Positions 37,028 to 50,320 are shown, counted from the stretch's first letter. The stretch: 64,000 nucleotides of DNA from Eledone cirrhosa (GCA_964016885.1 OZ024743.1:37014001-37078000), one strand, 5' to 3'. Numbers and translations are program-made. Notes: a model not told the origin generated them from the sequence alone.

Positions 37028-37092
<65 letters not shown>

Positions 37093-37105
37093 CAGTATAT
37101 ATATA

Positions 37106-37352
37106 TTACCACCAAAGAGGTCCGGCGAGCCATTGATTACAGAGTTGGGCTAGATCGATACAGATCGAACCTTGAGCTGATCAATAGCGAAACGCGCGTC
37201 ACCAACCAATAAAAGTAATGAAGGAGTAACCATTCGTCCTTGTTTTATTTTATTATAATACACTTTCTAGCTCTACACCTCGATACCGACGGGAACCTAA
37301 ACATCGAGTGCTCACCCGGTTGAACCTACAGTAACTCCACGTTACACTCCCT

Positions 37353-37355
<3 letters not shown>
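37106..37355 (+). mobile_element. PLE pLTR remnant with damaged hammerhead (37171-37200)
   Basis: CTTGA-GCT GATCAAT AGC-GAAA-CGCGCG-TC; AATAAA downstream; TCGAGTGC at 37304; (AT)n flanks. Confidence 0.6.
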
Positions 37356-37390
<35 letters not shown>

Positions 37391-37995
37391 CTACATGTCC
37401 TTTATATAATGTAAGATTGCATGTGTTATTTTTAAGTGATGTGGTTTAGGTGGATTTTAACTTCTATTCCTAGCAACTTGAGTGACTGTGTAGAAATTAC
37501 TTTATTGTTTCGTGATTAAATTGATCTTCATTAGTAGTAGAATAATTTGTTTCAACTTTTAAATGAAGACGTCACTAAATACTCTTCAATTGAATAATAA
37601 GTCAACATCGTTTGGATCTCAATTAAGAATGTAAAGGAAAGTATGTATACACCGGGACTATATACAGTTTAGTCCGTATCTTATTCGATTCCTCTTAGTT
37701 ATACGTAAAAATATTGCTAATAGTTTAATAACCAAAACTAAAACGATTACGAGATCGATCTAGACGAGAATTAATGTTAAGATTATGAAAAGCTATAGTA
37801 GTTTCTGTAAACAAGATCCATAAGATAGATTGCTAACATGTTAAAATACCAAATCGATTAGGTAGAGTGTTTTCATTACACAATATTGATATAATGGTAT
37901 ATCATATCGATATATCCATATATAATGCCGATATTAGTTTCACAGAAGTGAGATTATTGCCTAATACACACCCGTGCGTGTATATATATATATAC

Positions 37996-38048
<53 letters not shown>

Positions 38049-38539
38049 CAGACACACACACACGCATATATATATATATATATATATATATAGATATATA
38101 TATATAACACACACATATATATATAACATATATATTCATATAACATATATATATAACATATATCTCTTATATATATTATATATATATATATATATATAGA
38201 CATCAGTACATATGTGTATATATATATATATATATATACACACACATACATACATACATATCCCGTAGTTTTTATGTGTTTTGGAGGAATCGGTTACCAG
38301 CCAGGTTAATGTAAAAATCTCTTACAAAACGCCCACATTATTCCTATCTTGAAGTAGTCATTGATGTCTAAAGTTCCAATAATTCAATACTTAGGCTATG
38401 TTAAGATATTTAGATTGAGATGCATATGGGATGAGTAATATATGAAATCTCACTCGGCATCGAACGAAAACCAGATGGCATTATCTTAATGATTTTCCTC
38501 CATAAAAGCATTAACATCTTTAAAGTGTTGAACTTTTGT

Positions 38540-38830
38540 CATTTCCAACGACGAGTGTTCCAGCTGTTTGATCAACGGAACAGCCTGCTCGTGAAATTGG
38601 CGAGCAAATTGCTGCTCATTCAACAAACATGTGACACGTGTACCCTTATGTAGTTTTCATGGAGATTCAGTTTGACAGTGTGATAAGACTAGCTCTTTGA
38701 ATAACAGGTACAACTGCCTTTTTCCAGCTGAACGGGCTGGTGCCCTGTGAAATAAAGTGCCGTGTACAAGGCAACAACGTGCCACCAGAAACTAAAAACC
38801 CCAGCCACTAAGTCATGCTCCTCCACACCC
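38540..38830 (-). mobile_element. tRNA-derived SINE (second family)
   Basis: GAAATAAAGTG..CAAGG body and CCACTAAGTCATGC head as reverse complements; related to 46835 and 52920. Confidence 0.65.
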
Positions 38831-39735
38831 TTTGTATTTTAAAGTACGAGTTAAATATTGTATTACGCATGAGATCTTAAAAAGTTGTTAAATACTTGGA
38901 TATGTTCTGTCCTCCATTAATATATTTATTTGACTTATGTCAAACTTTCCGGCTCTATTTTATCTATTACCTACACTGGTTACCGACATTTTCTCCACGT
39001 ACGCCACCATCTGAGATATCCCGCAAGTAGAAAATTAGGTGCCACTGTTGTGTTTGCTTGATTGCTCAATAAACAATAAGTCCAGCAGGCACACATTAAT
39101 AACACAATTTCATATAGATATCAAAGCCTATAGTAGTTAGAAGTTACAAATATATTCAAATACTGACCATATATACCTTGGATTCCTTGTAGCTCAGATT
39201 ATGTAACAACTGTATAACATCATGCTTTAAAATATTTGGGGAAATATTTTCTTTTACGTCCATACGTTAACGATTGGGCCCAATATTTCTTATCAAAAAT
39301 ATACCAGAAGCTTAAACACAGCAGAATATTTCCTGTGGGGAATTAATCTACATTTACTTGCCCAAAGATATTCCTAAGTGAAAGATTTTCAGTCTATTAC
39401 CGTATAAAAGTTTTAATGTTTTATAAATACTAGTTCTGTCTATTTCCCCACCATGAGTACTAAATAAAAAAAAAGGGTCTATCATTGTAGATTTTCAGAA
39501 AACAGACTTACAAATGCTCACAGACTCTAAGTGTGAAAAACAATAAAAACAAAACTGAAAACACTGAACATTGCAACAATTCTAAACTGAAAATCTGTCA
39601 TGGAACATATATTGGGATATGCTACATTATATTAGTATGTATTAATATATCTAATCTAAATATATGTAAATACATCTATATGTAAATATATATGTATACT
39701 TTATTTGATGAGGATTATATATATACACATATTAT

Positions 39736-39892
39736 CAGACCTGTCATCTCTCCCCGTCCGACAGCGAGATCTCCCACCTAATTTGAGTGGATGAGAGATG
39801 TCTTCTCTTGTGGAAATGGGTAAAATCTCATTTGCCTCAATTCTCCTCGTTTGGGGCACTTTTTTCATTTTGGGTTTTTAGAGTTTGGCAGG

Positions 39893-39896
<4 letters not shown>
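39736..39896. mobile_element. MITE with CAGACCTG(T/C)CA TIRs
   Basis: CAGACCTGTCA ... TGGCAGGTCTG; TSD unclear in AT repeat. Confidence 0.5.
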
Positions 39897-39929
<33 letters not shown>

Positions 39930-39931
<2 letters not shown>

Positions 39932-40087
39932 TTTATCCCGGGTTCAATCGGGGATAACCACAGTAAGTAAGGTACTCAATACATAACAGAGTGTAAATAT
40001 TTAATATAGAAATGGCTTCTACAAGACTAGAACTGTTTCATTCGGGAGAAATCATCAGGAAGCGCTTCCTGATTTCTCCCGAATGAA
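39930..40087 (-). mobile_element. PLE pLTR remnant with hammerhead core and terminal palindrome (40037-40087)
   Basis: - strand CTGATGA-T-TTC TCCC GAA-T-GAAA-CAGTTC; GTACTCAA at 39972; AT-repeat flanks. Confidence 0.6.
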
Positions 40088-40269
40088 TATATATATAAAT
40101 ATAAATATAAATATAAATATATATATAAATATAAATATATATATAAATATAAATATATATATAAATATATATATAAATATAAATATAAATATATATATAA
40201 ATATATATATACTGTTAGTAAGCACATATACAGCTGATCCTCTAGAAGAGTGCATTAAGAGAAAGTTAC

Positions 40270-41304
40270 TTCAAATATAGAAAGCATTATTTACGTTGCA
40301 CTACTATTATCAAAAACACACATAAGTAAGAAATAAAATATTTTATTGCATAATCGTCCATATAGTTTAAGTGTTAGATCTAATGTTGGTGAGATTTTCC
40401 TAATGCTTATAAATAGCCTTTTTCTTGCAGACCACAGATATCATACGTTCTTTAATAAAAATAGCATTATGGTGAGTTACAGTTGTTTCTATAGCCAGTA
40501 TAAACACAAGAAAACGTTCTACTATGATATAATATAACTTTTCTCGCTAATACATGCCTACTCAATGACTTCTGTAAAACAGTGAAGTAGATATACAAAG
40601 CTTATCGAAAATCCCTTTAAAACGTTTATGCCTGCAGTATAAGTACACATTCAAACACTCAGAATAACGCCTCATACCCTTACTACCCAAAGATATCTGG
40701 AGTTTAAAGGGTGGTAATGATAATAATTATAAAACCCGTAATCCATTCTTGAACCCGTGTCCCCGTACATTAATAACTGTAGAAAATATGATTTCATAGC
40801 AGCCTTTTTTTATTAATTTTTTTATGTTTTGAACAAAAAGTGAGAATTGGTGTTTTTGTAGACAATTCAATCGATATTTGTCAAGAAATTTCCAGATGTC
40901 AACTGGCTAAAATAGATATATATTGAAAAAGTAAACGTTATTCACCAATACTAAAATTTCATTAACAATGGTCTTTCCTTTTTGTGTTTTACAAGTGTAA
41001 TATACTGATACAAACGGACACACACACACATATGTGTGACATTTCTAACGATATTTTGAGAAGTGCATAGAGGCAATGTAATTTGATGTCGAACTTCTTC
41101 TTAAAGATTACTGATGAAAGCAACGAATATGTTCCAGTCTTGTTAGAACTCATCAGCTAAGCATATTCATCTCAGGAGAAGCGATCTGATGAAGGACTAG
41201 CGTCTGAAACGTTAAGACCCTCTTCCTGCTATATCAAGAGTTAACCTAATATATACCTTCCATATACTGTACCGATTGTGTTGTTATTTCTGTTTACCTT
41301 TTAC

Positions 41305-41305
<1 letters not shown>
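40270..41305 (+). mobile_element. Highly decayed PLE 3' half of a second clade (possibly Naiad-like)
   Basis: HNRPYSLSVRSNVGEIFL.LI..F..H.Y..FFNKNSIMVSYSC linker, DIWSLK and LNK.SEL..CR remnants, hammerhead motifs downstream. Confidence 0.6.
41181..41218 (+). ncRNA. Minimal hammerhead motif (stem I damaged); a second degenerate core lies at 41110-41138
   Basis: CTGATGA-AGGAC TAGC GTCT-GAAA-CGTTA. Confidence 0.5.
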
Positions 41306-41359
<54 letters not shown>

Positions 41360-41592
41360 AATGAGAAGGAATGAAGAAACACTGGTTATGAATATCAACA
41401 ATAGGTCTGAAACTAAAAGAAAATACTTCAATGGGGCGTTCTGAGTATTAAATACACTTATGGGAGAATCTCACACAGACAGACACATGTGTACATGTGT
41501 TTGTGTGTGTTTACATTCCTATGATAAATGTAGTGTATTATGTGTATAGCTATTTTGCACCAAAAACAATTCAAATACGTATTTATCTAGTA

Positions 41593-42616
41593 CTACCATT
41601 AAAGCCCGGCGTTGCTCGGGGTCAGTAAGTTACCAAAGTTAGGTTGCACCACCCACTTTTTTGTCTGCCAGGCACTGGGTGAATGAATTGCAGACCTGGA
41701 CTGCCGAAGCAGGAGCTGCGCCAGCAGTGACAATTGTAGTTTCGCCTATGGATATTATCTCTGTGCAAAGAAGTGTTGAAATTTATTGTTTCACAGTACT
41801 TGCGCAACACGCGCGTAGACGATGCCAGCCGAACAACAGAGCTGCGATGGAGTTGTTCTGCATGGTTGTCTAATGTGTGTTTTCTAAATTTAAGAAAGTA
41901 GGGAGGCGTGTTATATGGGGGAGAGTTAGCTGCTGTTTCTAGCAGGTCTAGTGACCTCATAGAGGATATGTTTTCTAAATTTAATACTGTAGGGAGTGGT
42001 GTGATATGGGGGAGAGTTAGCTGCTGTTTCTCGCAGGTTTAGTGACCTCATAGAGGATATGTTTTCTAAATTTAAGACTGTAGGGAGTGGTGTGATATGG
42101 GGGAGAGTTAGCTGCTGTTTCTAGCAGGTTTAGTGACCTCATAGAGGATATTATTGTGTATAGTGAATGAACTGATATTTCTTTCTTCCACGTTCGTTGA
42201 TAGATGTTTTAAAAAAGATTTATCGAATAAATTTAGCTGTTGCCTTGGAATAATTGTTGTTTCGTATGAAATGTAATAAGTTCTCTTTGTCATTGAAGTA
42301 AATAAATATTTGACCGTTCCACACTCAAAAACAAATGTTCTCTCTCTCTCCCTCTCTCCCTCTCTCCCTCTCTTAAAGTTTAAGGGGAGTAGAGAGAGGT
42401 AATCAGATTCTATTAGGGGTAAAGCGTCATGTATTTAGTTTTATCGATTATTTCCGTAATTGTGGGTGAGTGTGAATGAAATAAATAGTCGTTGAACTAA
42501 GTTAGACTATTTACAATATTCTTACAGACTTTGAGTCGAATCGGTTTGGAATTGTGCAAATGTATAAACATGGAACATGCACACACACACAACAACAACA
42601 ATCTGCCTTTTATAGA
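41593..42616 (-). mobile_element. Non-autonomous Helitron
   Basis: - strand A|TCTATAAAAGGCAG 5' end; 3' hairpin CCCGAGCAACGCCGGG (41605-41620) then GTAG|T (alternative CTAG end at 41587-41590); no TSD. Confidence 0.7.
41879..42151 (+). repeat. Three tandem ~91 bp units inside the Helitron
   Basis: TTTTCTAAATTTAA..GGGGGAGAGTTAGCTGCTGTTTCTAGCAGG..GACCTCATAGAGGATAT x3. Confidence 0.95.
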
Positions 42617-42800
42617 TAATTGTTTCTACATTTGGCACAAGGCCAGCAATTACCCAGTGTATTACTGGTACTTTATTTTATCGACCCCGAAAGGATGAAA
42701 GGCAAAGTTAACCTCGGCGGGATTTGAACTCAGAATGGCAAGGACCGTAACTCTATGCGTCAAAGCATGGCGTCCAACCCTCTACCGATACTGCCAATTC
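42617..42800 (-). mobile_element. Young SINE
   Basis: Matches family consensus. Confidence 0.9.
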
Positions 42801-43009
42801 TCCATTACATAAACATACACGTGGGCACTATGAAACCATTTACTTAACCAGAAAGTCGGTAGCCACAAGCATCAGTTTCAAGGTTACGACCCATCAAAAG
42901 CGCCTACGAGGTCGATCAACTTGATAGAAACAGCAGAAAAATCTATCACAAAATTTATAACGCCGAATAACTAATTAGATGAAGCAGACCTTCATAACCC
43001 ATAAATAAA

Positions 43010-43460
43010 CAGGGGCAGTGGAACTGGGGGGGGGGGGGGGGAACAAGGGATGCCATGCGCCCTTAATAATTATATTTTTCTCCCAAAACTAACAAAACAC
43101 ACATCTATGTATATATATATGTGCTACAATTTATCTACATGTTATGTTTATCGCATATCGAAGTTTTTTATATCTTGGTTGATATTTAATAATTGTTTCT
43201 ACTTTTGGCACAAGGCCACCAATTATCCCAGTGTATTACTGGTACTTTATTTTATCGACCCCGTAAGGATGAAAGGCAAAGTTAACCTCAGTGGGATTTG
43301 AACTCAGAATGGCAAGGGCTGTAACTCTATGCGTCAAAGCATGGTGCCCGACCCTCTACCGATACTACCAATCCACCGCCCAACAGATAAACTAATCACT
43401 ACAACTAAATTGACCAAATTTCCCCACCTCCCTAATTCAGAAATTCTTCCACCGCCCCTG
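43010..43460. mobile_element. MITE (CAGGGGC(A/G)GTGGAA TIRs) with a young SINE nested at 43189-43381 (-)
   Basis: 14 bp TIRs with 1 mismatch; ATAAA directly flanks both ends. Confidence 0.65.
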
Positions 43461-43934
43461 ATAAAGGGTTGATAGTTATTAGACGAATGCGAAAAGTGCA
43501 GTGGATTGGCAGAATTATTAAACTGTCATATAAATGCGTAGCAGTATTTGTTCCAGCTCAACTTTGCCTTTTATCCTTTTAGGGGTTGATAAAATAAAGT
43601 ATCAATCAAATACAGGGGCCGATTACTAGCCTTGTGCCTAAAGTAAAATCTTGACTGAAATGCTTTTTATCATAAGTTTATTACATTTGGGTAAATCTGG
43701 GACTAAACAACAATCTTACAATGTTATTTACGATTTTGAAAGCAATGCGATGTAAACAAAACTAGCGAGAAAGTGATAAAGAAAGTGGGACGGGGAAATG
43801 GAAAGTGTTTTACGGTAGTTATTAAATATAGCTGACACTCAACAGATAAAGTTACATATATATATTTATTACATTTATATACGTCTATATATGTATATGT
43901 GAGTATACATTCATAAATATTATTATTAAAATAA

Positions 43935-44505
43935 AGCGATGGATTGGCAGTATCGGTAGAGGGTCGGACGCCATGCTTTGACGCGTAGAGTTACGGCCCT
44001 TGCCATTCTGAGTTCAAATCCCGCGAGGTTAACTTTGCCTTTCATCCTTACGGGGTCGATAAAATAAAGTACCAGTAATACTGGGTAATTGCTGGCCTTG
44101 TGCCAAATGTAGAAACAAGTAGAAACAATTATTATAAGGGTGGTAAGGTTTGGCAGTATCGGTGGAGCGTCGGACGCCATTGTTGCAGCATAGAGTTATG
44201 GCTCTTTATGATCTGAGCTCAAATCCCACCGAGGTTAACTTTGTCTTTCATCCTGACGGGGTCGATAAATAAAGCTCCAGAAACGTACTGGGGACGATTT
44301 AATCGACTTTCCCCTCCCCTTCAAATTGCTGGCCTTGTGCCTATATAAGAAACCATCATTATAAGGGTGGTGGATTGCTAGAATGGTTTGAGTTTGTCAA
44401 AATGCTTTGAGGCATTTATTCCGGCTCTTTACGTTTGGAGTTCAACCCTCGCTGAGGTCAACATTGCATTTTATTCCTCCGGGGTCGACAAGATAAAGTA
44501 CCATT
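43935..44505 (+). mobile_element. Chain of 3 Nin/Deu-like SINEs (short young, long, old)
   Basis: Copies at ~43935, 44138, 44365. Confidence 0.85.
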
Positions 44506-44989
44506 TAAATAGACTTCAGAGGAGAAACGATTGATTCGGACTCTGCTAAGTAAAGATACGCATGGAAAATCATTTACTCCTTACTATTATCCTTGAATGT
44601 CTGCTTTTTCTCTCTTTATTTAGCCATTTGTCATGTTAGAGTAACAGATTACAAGACCGGCTTTTTAAAAAATACTAAAGCCTTTTATGTTATCCAGTAT
44701 TTCAACCGTTTGCTATAATAATCTATAATATATATATATATATGTGTGTGTGGGTGTTTGTGTGTACACATACATATTCATACACACATATGTATATATA
44801 TAATTGTAATCTGTGTTTTTCAAATATTAATATTCGATTCGTTTGCAATTATGCAAACAAGCCTCATTTTTAAAGCCACGTCAGAAGAATGAGCCCCTCA
44901 CTCTTGCCCTTGTGTTGGCATGTAAACATATATATACATACATACATATTCACATATTTATATGCACACATACATACATATTCACACAA

Positions 44990-45038
<49 letters not shown>

Positions 45039-45289
45039 AACATTCACATTCACACACACAAATATATATATACACCCCCTACACACACACACACACACAC
45101 ACACACGCATATATATATGCATATACACGCACATACATATTCACATGCGTGTGTATACATACATGTTTATATACAAACACACCGACCCAACCCACAATTG
45201 TATATTAGGTTAACCGTTTAGTCTGAGAGGAAATGATAACACCCATGGCCCTCTTTTATATTTGGGGCCTCTGTGACTGGTGGGAGGAA

Positions 45290-45590
45290 ACGGGGAACTT
45301 ATATATTCAAATCGTAAATCTTGTCCGAACGCTTGGACACGCGCGCACTATTAAAGCTTTGGGCTAGCCAATTCCTTGTAATGGAAATTTGGCTGACGGA
45401 AACTGCCTGAAAGCCCGTTAGATGTGTGCGTGTGTTTACGTTAATTGTTTGTTTATGTCGCGCAACTTAGTAGTTTGGCAAAAAGAGATCAATAAAAGAA
45501 ATACTGGAGCCGATATAATCTACTAAAAACCTTTCAGTGGGGTGCCCCAGCATGGGCACAGTCTAACGCCTGAAACTAGTAATAGAATTT
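45290..45590 (+). mobile_element. Diverged SINE of a third family
   Basis: GACGGAAACTG..AAGCCCGT body; GGTGCCCCAGCATGG..CAGTC..TGAAACTAGTAA 3' end. Confidence 0.5.
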
Positions 45591-46084
45591 ATACATATAT
45601 ATATGTGTGAGTGTGTGTGTGTGTGTACATACACATATATATATATACTTATATATATATATATATATATACATACACATACATATATATACACATACAT
45701 ATATATATATACACATATATATATATATATACACACATATATATATATATACACACATATATATATATACACACATATATATATATATTTATATATATAT
45801 ATATATACATTAATGCGAAAGGTCGCTTACCTATTTCAGTCCGGTACAGACAACTTGCATATGTAGTCCAGGTTTGTGTTGTAATCTTTACAGTTTTATG
45901 TCCAAGAGGATTTTAACCTTGTTCAAGTGTGTGTGTGTGTGTGTGTGTGTATTCATACCAAACGAAATATGGGAGAGGCGAAAGGAAGGAGGGAAAGTAA
46001 GAGAGAAGGACGAAAGGAAAAAATAAACAAGAAATATAGAATGACAGGATGAGAGAAAGAAGAAACGTGTTTGGTAACCGGTCA

Positions 46085-46275
46085 TTGGATTGGCAGTATC
46101 AGTAGAGTGTCGGACACCATGCTTTGCAGCATAGAGTCACGGTCCTTTACGCTCTGAGTTCAAATCCCGCCGAGGTTAACTTTACCTTTCATCCTTACGG
46201 GGTCGATAAAATAAAGTACCAGTAATGCACTGGGACAATTGCAATTACTGTCCTTGTGCCAATAGTAGAAAAAAT
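46085..46275 (+). mobile_element. Young SINE
   Basis: Matches family consensus. Confidence 0.9.
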
Positions 46276-46530
46276 TATATGGAAAATTCTCTCTCCCTCC
46301 TCCACTCTTCAGGGTGCCCAGTAAATGCAGCAAAACAAACACCACTTGCACAGACGCTGCTAGTAGAGTCCTTTAAACTGTTATACACACTTTAATTTTA
46401 CCTCTTTTAATGCTACTATTCCATTCATTGAATGCGTTATTTTCTTTCAATTATGTGTGTGTGTTTATATCAGGGCCCACGTGGCTGTTTTTCATGGAAG
46501 GAGGACTTATATGAGAAACGCGTGGACATG

Positions 46531-46579
<49 letters not shown>

Positions 46580-46834
46580 GTTGAAATCCCAAAATATTTT
46601 TTAAGTTGCGCTTGTTTTGTTTATTTGTTTTTCTATGGAAAACTGGGTTGTGATATAGCACCCTAATTCTGATGTGTGTCTGTGTGTGTGAGAAAAGGCT
46701 GATAAGTATCTTTAAAAATCCACCTATGTTTTCGACAGACTGGTACGACAAACATACAAACACAGAGAAATGCAGTTTATTTAGTCTCCCGAAGTATGTT
46801 TATTTTTGTATAGTCATGCAAGTTGGTGGGTGAA

Positions 46835-47140
46835 GAAGTGTGGCTCAGTTGTTTGGGTGTTTGGCTCACGGTCGTGAGCTTGTGAGTTTGATTTTCGGCG
46901 GGGAGTTGTGTCCTTGAACAAGAAACTTTATTTCACGTAGTTCCAGTCCACTCAGATGGCACGAATGAGTTGTATCTATAACTCAAAAGGCCTCCCTTGT
47001 CACAGTGTTTTATACTGAATTTCCCAGAGAATTACTTGTCTGTGGACGACGCAGTCTCTCACCCGTTAATTTCGAGAGCAGACTGTTCCCTTAAACTATA
47101 CAGCGGAAACACCCGACATCAAAACCGACGGAGGTTCTAA
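46835..47140 (+). mobile_element. tRNA-derived SINE (second family)
   Basis: TGGCTCAGTTG A box; GTGTCCTTGAACAAGAAACTTTATTTCAC..CCAGTCCACTCAG body. Confidence 0.7.
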
Positions 47141-47979
47141 CCGTGTGTGTGTGTGTGTGCGCGTGTGTGTAGGTAACACCGTCCAACTGGCTGACTTATA
47201 TCAGAATTCTAAGTTAACGAGATTTTAACTAGTTAATTATAATATGTGTGTGTGTGCATGGACGCATGCTCGTGTGCATGGACGCCTATACTTATATGAA
47301 TGTGCGTTATGTTTGAGAGAGAGTGGGAGAGAGAGTTTTCAGCTTTTAAACATTCATAGGCGTTTGTAAAAAAGTATGGAAATGTGCATAGTCTAGAGAG
47401 AGAGAAACAGAAAGAAAGGGACGAAGCAGAGAAAGGTTGGTTGGTATTGGGGAGAGTGAGAGAGGGGTGGTGGTGAAGTGAGTAAGAAGTTTAAATTTAC
47501 ATAAATGTATATTTATAAAGGCGGTAAAGTGACTGTGTCATAAGAACGTCAGGTAAAACCCTTAGTATTCCGACTACGCTCCGTGTTCAAATACCACCAA
47601 GGTCCACTTTGCTTTTCATAGTTTCGTGGTCGATAAATAAAGTACCAGGTCAGTACTGGACTTGACTCCCTTTGTCTCTAAAAAGAAGAAATCTCCAGTG
47701 TTCCGACATGGAAAGAGACGGACTCCGACAGGATTAAATGTGGATTAAGAGTTATAAGCCCCTGGCAATGTTTAAAAAACTAAGTTAATGGAGAGAAACT
47801 AAGAATGAGAACGAAGAGAGAAGAGAGAGATAAATAAGAACAACGAGGCTTTTTGATATTAACCCGGTTCTATGAACCAAGGTTTAATATTTAATATTTA
47901 AATTAAAGGTTTAATATTTAAATTAAAACCATCCAACATAATTTTATATAAACACCCTTATGTTATAAATACTATCTTA

Positions 47980-48606
47980 ATAACAGTTTCCAGTTTTAGA
48001 CACAAGGCCAACAATTCTGAAGTAGAGAAAAGTGAATATCTACCCCAGTACATGACTGGTATTTTATAGGGATTTGAACTTAGTATATAAAGAGCCAGAC
48101 GAAATACTACTAAGCTTGCCCGACTCTCTAACCACTCTCTCCAAACACTATCTAAATAATTTTCTACTTTTGGCACAAGGCCGGCAATTATCCCAGTGCA
48201 TTACTGGTACTTTATTTTATCGACCTTGTAAGGATGAAAGACAAAAGTAACCTCGGCGGGATTTGAACTCAGGCCATAAAGGGCCGTAACTCTTTGCTGC
48301 AAGGTATGGTGTCCGACCCTCTACCGATACTGCAAATCCCCCACTATCTAAATAATTGTTTCTACTTTTTGCACAAGGCCAGCAATTACCCAGTGTATTA
48401 CTGGTACTTTCCACTATCTAAATAGTTGTTTCTACTTTAGGCACAAGGCCAGCAATTACCCAGTGCATTACTGGTACTTTATTTTATCGACCCCGTAAGG
48501 ATGAAAGGCAAAGTCAACCTCGGCGGGATTTGAACTCAGATCGTAAAGGGACATAACTATGCTGGAAAGCATGGCGTCCGAACCTCTACCGATACTGCCA
48601 ATCCAC
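47980..48606 (-). mobile_element. Chain of 4 SINEs separated by repeated CACTATCTAAATA
   Basis: 13-mer at 48146, 48342 and 48412. Confidence 0.9.
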
Positions 48607-49458
48607 AAATAATGAAATAACTTTAGTAGATCTCTCCAAATTCTCCATTAATTAATTGAAATACGGTAATATGGTAACGAAAGGAATAGTGAAAGGGTGG
48701 CTTCTAAGAGATGTTCTTTTGATTGTGATAAGAAAGAGCAAAAATAAAGGGGGGAGGTGAATGGGAGTTAAGGATATCTGGGGGGAATTTGATAGGCTAT
48801 GGTAAGATATGGAATGAGAAGACGATAAACCACTTTCCCGATAATGGCAAGGTATAGCAATATAGATAAATAGGTAGGGTAAGTAAGGTGGTAATGAAGC
48901 ATATCTAGGTAGGTAGATTTGTAGATAGATAGATAGATAGATAGGCAACGGAGGAGGTGGGTAAACATAGATAAGCTAGGTGATGGGTACGTATAGACAT
49001 GTAAACAAAGCGGTGGGTTACGACAGATAGACGGATACATACATATGAGCCTGTGTACGTATGTGCACACATACGTACACATACACACATGCCACGTATA
49101 AATTTTCAAATAACAGTTAACCAAACAAATACCACAAAGCATCGGTTTTGTTAGTATATCAAGTGGGGGCAATTTTTGGCCAATCTCTGCTATAACTGTT
49201 CCAAGTGTGATTTAGAATGGAGGGTGATGGGCGTTTAGCTATCATCTACATTCCGTTACCACTTAAGACTTTCAGCGGAGAAAAATCTAAACTGCTACGG
49301 AAACAAGAAATTGTCTTTAATGGATGAAAGGCAGTCATCTCTAGTTGGAGTTGAACCAAATATTGCACACTATTATGTACTTACCGATTATTATAGCCAC
49401 AACTCTCAAATGTTACAATATATATTGAAACAAGGATTATATAACAACTTAGTTACTT

Positions 49459-49900
49459 AGGCCACAAACCCCGGTACTGCGGCCCACAATCCAGAGGAAA
49501 GGAAGATAACCAAATACCGAGTATTATCACGCCGCTTCCTCTTCGCACCGGTCGCTGTCGAGACCTCAGGCGTACTTGGACCCTGAACTGCCGAGCTCCT
49601 CCGCAAGATCGGAACGTCAACAGCCCGTCTGAGGAAGGAACCCCGTGAGGTGGGGTGGCTGTTGTAGCGGGTGTCGCTGGCCATTGTCCGTGGGAATGCT
49701 TTTGCGGTCTAGTCCACGTGGTGCAGCCCAATTACCACCGCGCCCTAGGCCCAGAGCCCATCAACTCCCTTCCCCCTCCCATTCTTCTGTGACACTAGAG
49801 CGCTTGCTTTTCCATTTCTTTTCGGTTTTTATATTTTCTTATTTTACATTCCATTCTTTCTTCTCAATCTATTTTTTTCTTTTATATAACAAAATAGTAA
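49459..49900 (+). mobile_element. 3' fragment of a CRE-type RLE non-LTR retrotransposon
   Basis: PGTAA...EERKITKY..L...FLFAPVAVETSGVLGP*...KIG...EPREVGWLL*RVSLAIVRGNA. Confidence 0.8.
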
Positions 49901-50320
49901 TGCAACAATTGTAGGTTTTCCCAGTCTTATATCAATACCTATCATTTTACAGTGACCTTTATACAAGTTTCGGTATGAATATCTTAAAGATATGTATTTG
50001 ATGGTTCAATAACGCATAGCTGGAAGTTTTGCAGCTAAAATGTCTGTCCTGGAGGAATGTATATTATTATTTCAGATTATTTTAATTATGTGTACAACAG
50101 AAATATATTCTATAAACATCTAAAGTTTAATTACCTGATTGTTTAGCTAAAAACCACAAGCCAACAAATTGATCTGTTATTCAACTATCATCAAATTGAT
50201 AAAAAAAAAAAAAAAGCTCACCAATTTAGAATAGAGAAATAAAATGTTTAAAGAAAACTTATAAGAATTGTACGAGAAAGTGTAATCTCATAAACATTTG
50301 TACCAATTTGGAAATAACTG

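Noticed and set aside
41879-42151. CRISPR-like array
   Set aside because: Whole 91 bp units repeat with no unique spacers; eukaryotic context and no cas genes
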